DNA of 64,000 nt, from assembly GCA_002104945.1 (NCBI GenBank), contig MCFH01000012.1, positions 310,001-374,000 on the forward strand, written 5' to 3'. A program made the translations under genes and the position numbers. The DNA is from Piromyces finnis finn (lineage: Eukaryota; Fungi; Neocallimastigomycota). Under the pieces are notes generated by a model that was given only the letters and a program-made list of their open reading frames with translations, was not told the origin of the DNA and did not search any database. This document shows positions 33,508 through 45,957 of this stretch, in pieces. The stretch's first letter is position 1. The number at the start of each line of letters is the position of its first letter.

Positions 33508-36500
33508 TCATTTCTTTTCGTTGAATTCCTTAAGTAGCTCTGGACAATTCAAATTATTTTCTGGCTCCCAAGATGCTTCAGATATCGGATATCCTTTCCA
33601 TTTAATTAGGTATTGGACTTTACCATAATATCTTCTTTTGTCCAATATCTCCTCAACTTCAAATTCTTCATTATTATCCACAATAACTGGTGGAGGTGGC
33701 GGTTGCTTTCTTTTGAACTTATCTTCATAGTAGGGTTCCAATTCTGAAACGTGGATGACTGGATGAATACGAATTTCTTTTGGTAACTCCAATTTGAAAG
33801 AAACTGGTGATATTTTTTCAATTATTTTGTACGGACCAAGTTTTCTAGGTTTTAACTTCTTATTACCATTCCGCATTATTAGAGAACTGTTAATCCAGAC
33901 CTTATCATTTACCTTGAGTTCAGGAGCTTTACTTCTGTGTTTGTTTGCAAATTTTTCTTGTTGATCAATAGATTTCTTTAAGTTATCTTTAAGAGTTTTA
34001 ATTATTTCTTTGAAATTTCTTGTAAATTCATCCGCAATTGGTACATCGGTACGACTTGGTAAAATTGGAGAATGTTTCGGATTATAGCCGTAGTTAGCAA
34101 AAAATGGTGAAGTTTTAGTAGATTCTTGAACGGCATTGTTGTAATTGAATTCGGCAAGATGTAAGAATTTGTACCAATTGGAACCTTTATAATTTGAGTA
34201 ACACCTTAAGTATTGTTCTACAACGGAGTTTACCCTCTCCGTCAGTCCGTTAGTTTGGTGATGGTAGGATGAAGAAAATTTTAGGTTTATATCGAAAGAT
34301 TTACAAATAGAATTCCAGAATTTAGAGGTAAATTGAGTACCTCTATCCGAAAGAATTTCATTAGGTAATCCATGGAGACGAAAAACGTTGATCATGAAAG
34401 CATCAGCAGTAGCGGAGGCAGAAGGGATGTTTTCAAAAGGAATAAAGTGGCATAATTTAGTTAATCTATCGGTGACTACGAGAATGCAAGTATACTTTTG
34501 AGAAGGTGGAAGATCCGTAATAAAGTCTATAGATACGGAAGACCAAGGACGTTCAGCAATTTCCAAAGGAGAAAGAAATCCATAAGGTTTGTGTCGAGAG
34601 TCCTTCGAACGGCAGCATATTTCACAAGACTTTACATATTCTTTTACATCAACAGAGAGAAAAGGCCACCAAAAATCACGAACAATAAGGGAAGTAGTTT
34701 TCTTTAGTTCGAAGTGTCCAGCTGAGGGTGAGTCGTGACAAATTTTAAGAACTTCCAAACGACAATCTTGGGGAACATAGATCCTATCATTGAATAATAA
34801 TACACCATCTTGAATTTTAAAGTTTTCGATTTGCGAATGAGGGACAGGTGGAATTTGAGTTTCTAAGTATTTGCATACTTCAAAGTAGAATTTATCATCT
34901 TTGCTATTTGAAATGATTTTATCCATAAGGGGGTTGTTATCCAGAACCAGGGCACAAAAGTTTTCGGGTCTAAGAACGGAATTTGGAGTATCATTGGAAT
35001 CCTTAAAATTTTCAAAGTAATCTGGTCTTCTGGATAAAGCGTCAAGTTTACCATTAGCAGAACCCGACCGATAAACAATAATAAAATTAAACTCGGCAAG
35101 AAACAAAGACCAACGAACTAATCTTTGTGTCATTTTTTCGGGTTTCTTCTGGTAAAGCAAATTCCTGTGATCCGAGAAAATTTTGAAAGGCTGAGCAGTC
35201 CCCTTAAGTAAATGACGCCAATTTTCTAAAGCAGCTACAATTGCTAAAAGTTCTTTATCGTAGATCGGATAGTTCCTTTCAGAAGAACTAAGCGATCTGG
35301 AGAAGAATGCTACAGGGTGAACCGTATTGTCTTTCGGATTCGTTTGGGAAAGAATGGCTCCTATAGCAAAATTACTTGCATCCGTTTCCACCATGAAAGG
35401 TATATCACGATTCGGGTATGCAAGAACAGGAGAAGAAGCAAATTTGGTCTTGATTAAATTAAAAGAATTCTCACACTGATGAGAGAAGTAGAATTTAACA
35501 TCCTTTTTAAGTAATGCATTAAGTGGTTGTGCGAGATCAGCAAAACCGGCAATGAATCTTCTATAATAATTAGCTAACCCAAGAAACGCTTGAACCTCTT
35601 TAACATTTCTAGGAGTTGGCCATTCCAGGATAGATGAAATTTTCTTTGGATCCATTAATATTCCATCAGACGATATACGATGACCTAAAAAATCGATAAA
35701 TGGGACAAAGAACTCACATTTTTCAAGTTTTGCATAAAGTCCGGCTTCTCTAAGTCTTTTAAGTACTTCTTTGACTTGTATAACATGAGTTTTAAAATTT
35801 TCCGAAAATATAATTAAGTCATCAATATAACTGAAGACAAATACTCCCAAGATTCCATCAAGCACATCATTAATGAAATGTTGGAATACTGCAGGCGCGT
35901 TCTTCAAACCAAACGGCATTACAGTATATTCAAAGTGACCATACTTGCAAGTAAAAGCAGTTTTGAATTCATCACCTTCTTTTATCCTCACAAGATTATA
36001 AGCTGATCTTAAATCAAGTTTGGAGAAGATATTGCTTTTACCTAAGTGCTCCAACATGTCGTTAATTAATGGTAAAGGGTAGGAATCACGGACTGTGATT
36101 TCATTTAATTTCCTATAATCTTGACATAGACGTAGCTCACCATTTTTTTTCGGAACAAAAAGTACTGGGGCACCTGCCGGTGATTTTGAAGGTCTGATGA
36201 AACCTTTTCGCAAGTTTTCATCAATGTATTCCTTCAATGCCATTGATTCTTTATCCGTTAAAGGATAAATCGGTCCATAAAAAAGTTTAGAGTCCGGTTT
36301 AAGACGGATTTCACAGTCGTATTGCCTGTGAGGCGGCAATTGTTCAGCGGCTTTTTCATTAAATACATCTTCAAAGGCTTGGAGTTCAGCAGGAAGAAAA
36401 ACTTCTTTATTGCTTGGAGGGTTGATGGTGGAATCATTATTTTTAGGAAGATTTTTTGTTGAATCATGGATATAAAAATTTGTTGAAGTGCTACAAGAAG

Positions 36501-37743
36501 ATTTGGAATCATTAGAAATAGAAGAAATAGCATAAGTAGGGGCAACGTTAGGAATAACAGAGCAATGTGACAGACAGAAATTTGAATTAAAAGATAATTC
36601 TTTTTCAACGAAGTTAATATTAGGGTTGTGCTGATGTAACCATTCAGCACCTAAGATGCCACAATATCCCGGAAGGTCTACAATATAGAATATAGTTTTA
36701 CATTGGTGGTTTTTGTATTTGATCGAAATTGGGATAGATTTACCTAAGATTTGTTGTTCCCCACCAATGCCAGAGATTTTGTTGAAAAAGACGGATTTAT
36801 CAAAAGGAATATTATTTTCTTCGGCAAAGACCACATCTAGTAGGTTAAGTTGAGATCCTGAATCAATTAGTAGTTTAGTATTCACGGAGACGTCGGAAGT
36901 ATTGAGTTGGAACTCAAAGACTGGTTGTTTCAGATTGGGATTATCGGAGAATCTTATTCTAGGCTTCTTTTCAGGCGTAGTGTTAGAAATATGAGTCCCA
37001 GCTGATTTTTCATTTTTGCTTCTTTTTGGGCAGTTACTTAACTTATGATCTGGAGAACCACAATACAGGCAGAGATTTTCCTTAATTCTTCTAGCTTTTT
37101 CTTCTGAGGAAAGCGGTCCATAAGTTTTCTTATTTCTTGAAGTGAAAGGTTTTCTATTTACTTCAGTTCTTCGGTTTTGAGTAGTGTTATTAGAATGATT
37201 GTTGTTGAAGAATCTTCTGTTGGTATCGATTCTAGAATCGATTCTTGATGCAATAACTTGTAAATTTAATAGCGTTTGTGGACCGGGAAACATTTCTAAA
37301 ATCCTATTGGCGACTTGATCTTGTAGTCCAGCTAAGAAGGCGTCCATTTTTGCACTTTCGTTCCAAGAGGAGTCATCGGAGTATCGGTTAAATTCAAGAA
37401 TATATTTTTGAATCTCACCGATTTTTCTTTGCTTTATAGTTCGAAGTTTTTGATTAGCCACAAACGTTGAGTCGTTGTCACCAAACACAGATTTAAGCTT
37501 GGCAACAAATGAGTCATAATTTAATAGGCATTCATCATGATTGTGAATTAATGATGCAGCCCAATTCAAAGCTTCACCATATAGTCTCGAAATGATATAA
37601 ACGATTTTTGTTTCGTCATCCGGGTAACGCTCTGGGTAGACCATAAAGATTAATTCTATTTTGGCAAGAAAACCCTTAAAGAAACGACGATTTCCAGCGA
37701 AACCATCCTTCAACGTAGCATTATTCATCAATTCTTCATCCAT
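33508..37743 (-). CDS. gag-pol: Intact single Gag-Pol ORF of D with canonical chromodomain
   Basis: [14 protein letters not shown] knuckle, [34 protein letters not shown]...QYLIKWKGY...SWEPE. Confidence 0.96.
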   Translation of the reverse strand: MDEELMNNATLKDGFAGNRRFFKGFLAKIELIFMVYPERYPDDETKIVYIISRLYGEALNWAASLIHNHDECLLNYDSFVAKLKSVFGDNDSTFVANQKLRTIKQRKIGEIQKYILEFNRYSDDSSWNESAKMDAFLAGLQDQVANRILEMFPGPQTLLNLQVIASRIDSRIDTNRRFFNNNHSNNTTQNRRTEVNRKPFTSRNKKTYGPLSSEEKARRIKENLCLYCGSPDHKLSNCPKRSKNEKSAGTHISNTTPEKKPRIRFSDNPNLKQPVFEFQLNTSDVSVNTKLLIDSGSQLNLLDVVFAEENNIPFDKSVFFNKISGIGGEQQILGKSIPISIKYKNHQCKTIFYIVDLPGYCGILGAEWLHQHNPNINFVEKELSFNSNFCLSHCSVIPNVAPTYAISSISNDSKSSCSTSTNFYIHDSTKNLPKNNDSTINPPSNKEVFLPAELQAFEDVFNEKAAEQLPPHRQYDCEIRLKPDSKLFYGPIYPLTDKESMALKEYIDENLRKGFIRPSKSPAGAPVLFVPKKNGELRLCQDYRKLNEITVRDSYPLPLINDMLEHLGKSNIFSKLDLRSAYNLVRIKEGDEFKTAFTCKYGHFEYTVMPFGLKNAPAVFQHFINDVLDGILGVFVFSYIDDLIIFSENFKTHVIQVKEVLKRLREAGLYAKLEKCEFFVPFIDFLGHRISSDGILMDPKKISSILEWPTPRNVKEVQAFLGLANYYRRFIAGFADLAQPLNALLKKDVKFYFSHQCENSFNLIKTKFASSPVLAYPNRDIPFMVETDASNFAIGAILSQTNPKDNTVHPVAFFSRSLSSSERNYPIYDKELLAIVAALENWRHLLKGTAQPFKIFSDHRNLLYQKKPEKMTQRLVRWSLFLAEFNFIIVYRSGSANGKLDALSRRPDYFENFKDSNDTPNSVLRPENFCALVLDNNPLMDKIISNSKDDKFYFEVCKYLETQIPPVPHSQIENFKIQDGVLLFNDRIYVPQDCRLEVLKICHDSPSAGHFELKKTTSLIVRDFWWPFLSVDVKEYVKSCEICCRSKDSRHKPYGFLSPLEIAERPWSSVSIDFITDLPPSQKYTCILVVTDRLTKLCHFIPFENIPSASATADAFMINVFRLHGLPNEILSDRGTQFTSKFWNSICKSFDINLKFSSSYHHQTNGLTERVNSVVEQYLRCYSNYKGSNWYKFLHLAEFNYNNAVQESTKTSPFFANYGYNPKHSPILPSRTDVPIADEFTRNFKEIIKTLKDNLKKSIDQQEKFANKHRSKAPELKVNDKVWINSSLIMRNGNKKLKPRKLGPYKIIEKISPVSFKLELPKEIRIHPVIHVSELEPYYEDKFKRKQPPPPPVIVDNNEEFEVEEILDKRRYYGKVQYLIKWKGYPISEASWEPENNLNCPELLKEFNEKK

Positions 37744-37799
37744 TTTCTTTATTTTATTTATAATATCTAATTTTAATTTAATTTAATCAGTATAATATA

Positions 37800-37890
37800 T
37801 CCAAAAGAATCCAAGAGAGTCCAAAAGAGTCCAAAAGAGTCCAAGAGAGTCCAAAAGAGTTCAAGAGAGTTCAAGAGAGTCTAAGAAAAT
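37800..37890 (+). repeat. 10-bp tandem repeat (consensus CCAARAGAGT, about 9 copies) in the D leader
   Basis: ccaaaagaat ccaagagagt ccaaaagagt ccaaaagagt ccaagagagt ccaaaagagt tcaagagagt tcaagagagt ctaagaaaat. Confidence 0.95.
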
Positions 37891-38118
37891 TCAGGAAGGT
37901 TTCAATAAGTTAAAATTTTTTTTTTTTAAAAATAAATAAATTAATTTGATGATTTAGTATAAATCTTAGATTTTGGGCCGATTTAGCCTGGCTTTTTGCC
38001 AGATTTACGAAATTTTCCTGGCTAAACTTCTGCCTGAGGTCAAATTTCTTCTGGCTAGAAAGTCTGGCTAAATCATCATAAATAAATTAATTAAGGTAAA
38101 GGAAATATGTTACAACCG

Positions 38119-38301
38119 GTGTTTTTATTGTAACGCGATTCTATATAAAGAATTTATTAATGTAGGAATTAATAATATTTATATAGAAAAATAAATTTTG
38201 TATTCCCTATAAGTCAATAAATTTATTTATTTAAAATAATTTTTTATTATTATTAAGTTTTTTAAAAATAAAGATTTAAATTTAAAAGTTAATAAAAACA
38301 C
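38119..38301 (-). promoter_or_regulatory. Self-priming signal of D: PBS ATAAAAACAC (38119-38128) complementary to 38292-38301; TATAAAT at 38333-38339
   Basis: Perfect 10-bp inverted match adjacent to the LTR end. Confidence 0.75.
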
Positions 38302-38544
38302 AACTATTTAATTTTTGATTCACATCACTTCTATTTATACTTTTTCTAAATCTGATGTGGCTAAATTAAAAATTAAATTTTCTTTCTAAATTAATTAAAA
38401 ATTACATAAAATGAATCTCGTGATAAAAATATATTAAATATTTAATTTTTCGAATATTCGAACTTATTCTTTTTCGAATAAGTTCTATAAGTTTCTATGA
38501 GTCATAAATTAAATTGTTAAATAAATAATTTAAAATAAATTTCT

Positions 38545-38615
38545 GATCAAGGTGTGAGTCGAACCCGAGTGATCTTGATTAATGTCTTAAATACTAACCA
38601 TTAAGACAATATTAA
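38545..38615 (-). promoter_or_regulatory. tRNA-like A-box/B-box cassette in the D 5' LTR, adjacent to the insertion stack
   Basis: A box at 38598-38608, B box at 38555-38565; both are unchanged relative to the 3' LTR copy although neighbouring bases differ. Confidence 0.6.
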
Positions 38616-38631
38616 TTTTTTAATAGATGTG

Positions 38632-41600
38632 TGTAGTAATTTCTTATTATTGTTTACAGAAATTACTATCTACAATAATATTAACGAATAATATTGTAGT
38701 ATTATTATGCGGAAATAAGAAGTATTGAACAAATTAGAATAGAAAATAGAAAGTAAAAATAAAACTTATCGAGTTTATTATAAAGATTTATAATAAACAA
38801 CCAAACACAAAGAGTCAAATGGGTCGTAAGTTTTTTTATTTAAATTACTGATTTATTAGAAGGATATTTTATTTAATTAAAAAGAAAAATGTATTTATGT
38901 TATTTATTATAACGTATTCCTTTATAATAATAACTCTTGAATTTCTAAGGAATTTCAAGAGTGTTTTATTTATAATTTTATTAAAAAATAAGGTTAAATA
39001 AACGGGTTCTAATCTTAACAAATAAAATGTTTAGGAAAAGACTAGAAGAAAAACCTAAACATGATTTTCGATCAATATTCTAGTCATATTGATCTTCGTG
39101 TAATTTTAAGTAAAACCGAATGCTTCTTTAAAGCGAAATCGGGAAAACCTTAAAATTCCGATTCCTATTTTATCCGTGCTTAATACAATACATAAAATAT
39201 AATTAATACATAATTTAAAACAATAAGTGTAATGAATATAGTTAGTCAAAATTAAATGTATAAGATAAATAATAAGTAAGTAAATTATTTATATTAATTA
39301 AATGTACATAAAAATTAATAATTAAATAAATTTATAAAGTTAATTAAATATATAAGAATATAGCAAGTAAATAAATTTTATATTTTATATAAGTGTATAT
39401 AAAATTAATATTTTAAGTAAATCATAAGTATTAACTAAATGAATGAAATATTAAATAATTTAATAAATTATTAGTAATAGTTGAATGTATAGAAAATAAT
39501 AATTTAAATAAATTTGTATTAAATAATAAGAAATAATAATTATTCAATTATGAATAATTAATATTTCTTACATTGCTCCTTTTTACTCTTGTTCTTTCAA
39601 ATCTTCCCTTCTTTTTGTATATGGCTCTAGCTGTGATATATGGAATACTGGATGGAGATGTAGACTATCAGGAAGTTCCAGCCTGTAATTCATTCTCTCC
39701 CTTTTTTCTAAAATACGAAAAGGTCCTAAGTATTGTGATGAAAGTTTTTTGGAAGGTTCATTAGAAAAATAGTATCTTTTCAGCATAACTAAATCATTAA
39801 CTTGAAGTGAAGGACCTGAGGATTTTTTAGAATCGCCAAATTTCTTGAAATCTTCCTTAGCTTTAATGAGATGGAGACGAAGTGCATCAAAATGTGCAGC
39901 CCAATTCCTTGTTAGAACTGAGGCGTTGTCCTTAAGAAGTATAGGAGGAGAGTCAATAAAGAAGTTAGGGTGAAAACCGTAATTGGCATGAAAGGGTGTT
40001 TGCTTAATTGACCTGTGAATAGAATTGTTGTATGCAATCTCGCATAATGGAAGATAATAACACCATTCATTTTGAGAAGAGGAACAATAACACCTAAGAT
40101 ATTGTTCGATAACAGCATTTGCTCTTTCAACTTGCCCATTTGATTGTTGGTGATGGGCAGTAGCTAGACTAGGTTTAGCATGTAACGCCGAGCATAAAGA
40201 GGTCCAAAATTGGGAGGAAAATTGTGAGCCATGGTCGGATACTATTATTTTAGGGAATCCATGAAATTTAAAAACTTGGAATAACAAGAGCTTGGCAGTA
40301 AGATCGGCAGAGGGGACGTCAGCACAAGGAACCAAATGAACCATTTTTGTTAAATGGTCTGAGGCAACCATGATACAAGTGCAATCTTGAGACGGAGGCA
40401 AAGAGACTATGAAGTCAATACCGATTACTTCCCAGGGTTTTGTAGGAGTAGGAAGTGGCAATAGTTTGCCATAAGGTTTATGCCTCCGTATTTTACTTTT
40501 ACTACAGATGTCGCACGAAAGCACATAATTAGTTATGTCCTTTTTCATATTCGGCCACCAGTAAAATCTTTTAAGTTTTTCAAAGGTTCTATCTACACCC
40601 TGATGGCCACTTGTTGGAGCATCATGGAAGGACTTAAGAAGTCTAACCTTGAGTGAGGATGGAACAATGATGCGTTTTTGGAAATGTAAAACACCATCGA
40701 CGAGGCTGAACAAAGAACTTTTAAACCCGTCAGAGTTTGATTTGACTTTAGCCAAAGTTTCCCTACAAAATTTATCAGACTTCTGCGCTTTAATGATATT
40801 ATCCAAATTATCTGTCATAGAACAGCAGAAAACATTATCTTTTAAAATGGCTTCGGGTTCAGATGGCAAATGGAGTTTATAGTCCGGGCGTCTAGACAAA
40901 GCATCTGGTTTTCCACTTTTAGCGCCTGGTCTGTAAGCAATCCTAAAGTCAAATTTTGATAGAAAAAGACTCCATCGGATTTGTCTTTGATTTAGGTGTT
41001 GGGGCTTTTTAAGGTATAACAGATTTTTGTGATCCGTTATAACTTGAACAGGAAACTTGGATCCTTCTAGGTGGTGTCTCCAGATGTCAAAAGCAGTTAT
41101 TATTGCGAGAAGTTCTTTATCATATATTGTATAATTAACTTCTGCTTTATTTAAAGATCTGGAGTGAAAAGCAACTGGATGTAATTGGTTATCCATGTCA
41201 CTGACCTGGGATAAGACACAGCCAACAGCGAAGTCACTTGCGTCTGTTTCCACAGTGAATACCTTCTCTGGGTCAGGAAAGATCAATATTTCACCGACTC
41301 TAAAAGCTTCTTTTAATTTGTTGAAAGCATCTTCGGCGGCTTTATCCCATATGAAGTCGTTGTCTTTCTTTAGGAGTTTCCGGAGAGGTTCCATGTTAGA
41401 GGCGAAGTCCTTGATGAACTTCCTATAAAAGTTGCAGAGTCCTAGGAAACTTTGTAGTTCCTTAACATTTTTTGGCGTGGGCCACTCTATAATAGATTTA
41501 ACTTTATTTTTGTCCATAGCAAGTCCATTAGTGGAAATTGTAAAGCCTAAGAACGTAGTTTCCGTGACATGAAAGTCACACTTCTCTAATTTAACATATA

Positions 41601-44600
41601 ACCCATTTTTTAGAAGTAAATCAAGAACCAGTCGGACATGATTTATATGTTCTTCCAAGGAGCGTGAGTAGATGATAATATCATCTAGGTATACTTGGGC
41701 GAACAGACCTATGGTGTCATTTAGTACATCTTGAACAAAGCGTTGGAATACGGATGGTGCATTTCGGAGACCAAAAGGCATAACCAAGTATTCGAAATGA
41801 CCTAATGGTGTCCGGAATGCAGTGAGGTATTCGTGACCTTCCTTGACTCGTACTAAGTTGTATGCTGATCTAAGGTCAAGTCTTGTAAATATTCTTGCAT
41901 TCTTGAAGGCTTCTATTAAGTCGTTGATTCTAGGAATAGGGTAACTATTACGGATTGTAATAGCATTCAGTCGACGGTAATCCACACAAAGTCGGAGAGA
42001 TCCATCATGTTTCTTCACAAAAAGTACCGGGGCTCCAGCAGGAGACTTGGATTTTCTTATGAATTTCTTCTCCAAATTTTCTTGAATGTATTCTTTTAAA
42101 GTGGTTAATTCTTTAACAGTCAAAGAGTAAATGGGTCCGAAATATAGTTGCCCACCTGGAATGAGATCTATTGATATGTCGTATTCGCGGTGAGGAGGTA
42201 ATTTTTCCGCCTCCTTCTTTTCAAATACAAGATGAAATTTAGAATAAAATTTACTGATTATATTCATGTTATTCATATTATTTCCCGAGCGGTTTTCTTC
42301 CTCTTCTTGGACCATTACTGCGCACACTTCTGTATCGAAAAGTTCATCCTCTGATATCATACCTGGAATGATAGAATCCATCGATTTCTTCCCGTCTTGT
42401 AATGGTTTATCTATCATTGAAGCAGTTATGTTTTGATTTAGGAATTTATTCCTTGTAGAGGAAGGACAGTGAGAGCCACAAAACTTTCCAATAAAGAAGA
42501 TCTTATTGAGGTGGTAATTTATATAAGGGTTATGTAATGCTAACCAATCCCTTCCAAGGATTCCATTTATTCCTTGAAGAGACAGATTAGCTATGCAGAA
42601 TTCGAAAACTTCAGAATGGTCCATAATCTTCAGTTTGAGTGGTTTACATGTTTGTTTAATGGTCATCCCCTTTCCATTTGGGAGTTGTATATTGATGGGG
42701 GAAGCAAGGCCTGTAGTTGGTAGCTTGTGTGCATTGGCAAAGCTTTTGCAGATAAAACTTCTAGCTGATCCAGAGTCTATTAGGAGATTTACTTTTACAT
42801 TTCTTCCATTAACTGATAGATAAAATGTTGTGGTAATCGATGGTTTTCCATCTGGAGTATAGTTAGCTGAAAGAATATTGTTTTTAAATCTATCTTTTCG
42901 GAGAAAGTGTTTCCCTTGGTTCTCATTTTTTGCTAATTCGTGTCTTCGCCTTCTGAAAGATTTCTTGTTCTTATTATTATCTCTATCCTTTCCTCGTAAC
43001 TGGCTTTCCAGAAGGCACTTCTTGTCCAGGCTGATGATGATATTCGTAGCTTCAAAGAGAGTCTTAGGTTTCTCTAACTTATCGAACTCCTCTCTTACAT
43101 TGTTTACTAAGCCCTTTCCTATAATATCAATCAGAACTTCGTCGGGCCATCCTAGACGTCCAGCCAATCTGCGAAATTCGATAGTATATTCCACAGCACC
43201 ACCAAGATGAGATTGCTTGAGTTTCCACAGCTTGTCCATAATCATATACTTTTGCTTTCTTTCAGTTCCCACGTCAAAATTTTCTAGTAAAAGATCTTTG
43301 AATTGTTGGAAATTGAGTTTTTTTAGAATGCCATCAGCTAAAAGTGAAAGACCCCACTTTCTAGCATTACCGCTGAGCTTATTTATTATAAATGAATTTT
43401 TTGATTCATCATTTTTGAAGGATTCTGGGTGTTCTTTGAAGAAAGTTTCCCCTTGTATTATTGCTTCTAAGATGTTAATAGGGTTTTTTGTTTCGTTTTC
43501 TTTGAGCAAAATTCCGTTTGGTGAGAAAAAAGCAGGAATAAAGTCAGTGATAGCTGTTATTAATTTTGAAGCAGTTTGATTATTTGGACTCTCATCTTTG
43601 TAAGAACTTGCTGTGGTACCGTTGATACTATCCAACTTACAATGATCCATATTATTTAGTTTATATATACAATATATATGAAAAAGAAAAAAAAAATTAG
43701 TCTTAATTATGTATGTCAATAATATTTAATAGTAAAAAAAAAAATTATAAATGACTTTTTTCCTTTGTTAAACTGTTTAATTATCTTTTTTTTTTTTTTT
43801 TTTTTTTTTTTTATATATATATTGTTTTGTAATATGTTTAATGTATCAATGTATTAATATTATTGTTGTCCAATTAAACAAAATACGAGAAGAGTTATTA
43901 TTGTAGTAATTTCTTATTATTGTTTACAGAAATTACTATCTACAATAATATTAACGAATAATATTGTAGTATTATTATGCGGAAATAAGAAGTATTGAAC
44001 AAATTAGAATAGAAAATAGAAAGTAAAAATAAAACTTATCGAGTTTATTATAAAGATTTATAATAAACAACCAAACACAAAGAGTCAAATGGGTCGTAAG
44101 TTTTTTTATTTAAATTACTGATTTATTAGAAGGATATTTTATTTAATTAAAAAGAAAAATGTATTTATGTTATTTATTATAACGTATTCCTTTATAATAA
44201 TAACTCTTGAATTTCTAAGGAATTTCAAGAGTGTTTTATTTATAATTTTATTAAAAAATAAGGTTAAATAAACGGGTTCTAATCTTAACAAATAAAATGT
44301 TTAGGAAAAGACTAGAAGAAAAACCTAAACATGATTTTCGATCAATATTCTAGTCATATTGATCTTCGTGTAATTTTAAGTAAAACCGAATGCTTCTTTA
44401 AAGCGAAATCGGGAAAACCTTAAAATTCCGATTCCTATTTTATCCGTGCTTAATACAATACATAAAATATAATTAATACATAATTTAAAACAATAAGTGT
44501 AATGAATATAGTTAGTCAAAATTAAATGTATAAGATAAATAATAAGTAAGTAAATTATTTATATTAATTAAATGTACATAAAAATTAATAATTAAATAAA

Positions 44601-44842
44601 TTTATAAAGTTAATTAAATATATAAGAATATAGCAAGTAAATAAATTTTATATTTTATATAAGTGTATATAAAATTAATATTTTAAGTAAATCATAAGTA
44701 TTAACTAAATGAATGAAATATTAAATAATTTAATAAATTATTAGTAATAGTTGAATGTATAGAAAATAATAATTTAAATAAATTTGTATTAAATAATAAG
44801 AAATAATAATTATTCAATTATGAATAATTAATATTTCTTACA
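38632..44842 (-). mobile_element. Full-length Ty3/Gypsy element F; LTRs 38632-39572 and 43902-44842 (941 bp each)
   Basis: No LTR differences seen by eye; TSD ATGTG at 38627-38631 and 44843-44847; PPT AAAAGGAGCAA at 39573-39583; PBS 43890-43901 complementary to 44197-44208. Confidence 0.97.
39583..43719 (-). CDS. gag-pol: Single Gag-Pol ORF of F; no CCHC knuckle and no chromodomain (true start may be the downstream MDH)
   Basis: LIDSGS, YLDD, ETDASDFA, HHCC, D-D-E; ends HPVFHISQLEPYTKRREDLKEQE-stop. Confidence 0.95.
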   Translation of the reverse strand: MTYIIKTNFFFLFHIYCIYKLNNMDHCKLDSINGTTASSYKDESPNNQTASKLITAITDFIPAFFSPNGILLKENETKNPINILEAIIQGETFFKEHPESFKNDESKNSFIINKLSGNARKWGLSLLADGILKKLNFQQFKDLLLENFDVGTERKQKYMIMDKLWKLKQSHLGGAVEYTIEFRRLAGRLGWPDEVLIDIIGKGLVNNVREEFDKLEKPKTLFEATNIIISLDKKCLLESQLRGKDRDNNKNKKSFRRRRHELAKNENQGKHFLRKDRFKNNILSANYTPDGKPSITTTFYLSVNGRNVKVNLLIDSGSARSFICKSFANAHKLPTTGLASPINIQLPNGKGMTIKQTCKPLKLKIMDHSEVFEFCIANLSLQGINGILGRDWLALHNPYINYHLNKIFFIGKFCGSHCPSSTRNKFLNQNITASMIDKPLQDGKKSMDSIIPGMISEDELFDTEVCAVMVQEEEENRSGNNMNNMNIISKFYSKFHLVFEKKEAEKLPPHREYDISIDLIPGGQLYFGPIYSLTVKELTTLKEYIQENLEKKFIRKSKSPAGAPVLFVKKHDGSLRLCVDYRRLNAITIRNSYPIPRINDLIEAFKNARIFTRLDLRSAYNLVRVKEGHEYLTAFRTPLGHFEYLVMPFGLRNAPSVFQRFVQDVLNDTIGLFAQVYLDDIIIYSRSLEEHINHVRLVLDLLLKNGLYVKLEKCDFHVTETTFLGFTISTNGLAMDKNKVKSIIEWPTPKNVKELQSFLGLCNFYRKFIKDFASNMEPLRKLLKKDNDFIWDKAAEDAFNKLKEAFRVGEILIFPDPEKVFTVETDASDFAVGCVLSQVSDMDNQLHPVAFHSRSLNKAEVNYTIYDKELLAIITAFDIWRHHLEGSKFPVQVITDHKNLLYLKKPQHLNQRQIRWSLFLSKFDFRIAYRPGAKSGKPDALSRRPDYKLHLPSEPEAILKDNVFCCSMTDNLDNIIKAQKSDKFCRETLAKVKSNSDGFKSSLFSLVDGVLHFQKRIIVPSSLKVRLLKSFHDAPTSGHQGVDRTFEKLKRFYWWPNMKKDITNYVLSCDICSKSKIRRHKPYGKLLPLPTPTKPWEVIGIDFIVSLPPSQDCTCIMVASDHLTKMVHLVPCADVPSADLTAKLLLFQVFKFHGFPKIIVSDHGSQFSSQFWTSLCSALHAKPSLATAHHQQSNGQVERANAVIEQYLRCYCSSSQNEWCYYLPLCEIAYNNSIHRSIKQTPFHANYGFHPNFFIDSPPILLKDNASVLTRNWAAHFDALRLHLIKAKEDFKKFGDSKKSSGPSLQVNDLVMLKRYYFSNEPSKKLSSQYLGPFRILEKRERMNYRLELPDSLHLHPVFHISQLEPYTKRREDLKEQE

Positions 44843-44845
44843 ATG

Positions 44846-45951
44846 TGATACGCTACTCACATAAAAACGTAATAAAAACTAGCCGAATAAACACGACTTA
44901 ACCCATAGCGATTTATAATAAAAATAAAAGATAATAACCCTTAAAAATGAATAAATAATAATTTTATGGAAATATAACCCTTTCTTTTAAATAAATAATA
45001 TTCTCTTTATTAAATAATAAATTATGAATAAAAACGACTTAATAGAGATAATAATAAAATAAATTATTAAATAAAATAAAACGACTCAATCCAAAAATGT
45101 ATTAAAATAATAAAATAATAATAAGTAAATAAAAATGAATAAATAAACTAAAAAAAATAAAATGATATACATTAAATTATTAATTCTAGTGTTTTATCCA
45201 AGTGTTCTTTAGAAATTCTTTCAAACTTATATATATAAATTAACAAATAAATAACTGAGTAATTATTACTAAAAGTGATTAATTTAAAGCCTGGAAATAG
45301 AACAATAATAACAATTTTAAAGATAAAATACAGAACTCTTTTATGTTTCTGTATAAAATGTGTTTATATTAATTGATACTTTTAATATTTGATTTTATTA
45401 ATTTTATTTTAATTTTTATTTTAATTTTTATTTTAATTTTATTTTAATATTATTTTAATTTTAAATTTTAATTATTTTATTCAAGGTATTATACATTTAA
45501 TGATAGTTAATGATAATTTATAATAGTTTTTCTAATTTTAAACATTTTGAAGTAATAAGAAAATCAAATAAGTAATATTCTATAACATTTTTATAATATT
45601 AAGACATAATTTTAATTTATTCTTTAATTTTAATAAATAATCACAATAGTAATAATATTTAATAATTAAAAATAATAATACATGTAATAAATGAAAAATG
45701 TATAAAAAGAAGATAAAATTCTTCTTTATAAAAAGGGGACAATAAATAGACAATAAATAAATTATAAATATAATAAAGAGATAATTTAAACATAATAAAA
45801 AGAGTTTATTTTCGAGTTTTTGAGTGATTTATTTGTTAATTATAAAACATATTTTATTTTATTTTAAATTTATTGTTTCATCATTATAATATAGAATTTA
45901 TTATTTATTAAAAACATTATATTATTCACAAATATATCGGTCAACGCATCA
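44846..45951. mobile_element. Solo LTR G2 (1106 bp), G-like termini
   Basis: TGATACG...GCATCA; GATG on both sides once the F insertions are removed; single copy in the window. Confidence 0.72.
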
Positions 45952-45957
45952 GATGTG

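Noticed and set aside
37800-37890. Repeat array as CRISPR
   Set aside because: Contiguous 10-bp tandem units with no spacers, no cas genes, and a eukaryotic context.
40649-43579. Antisense ORFs over F pol, and similar short ORFs opposite A1, A2, D and Copia
   Set aside because: They are shadows of long sense ORFs with no recognisable motifs.
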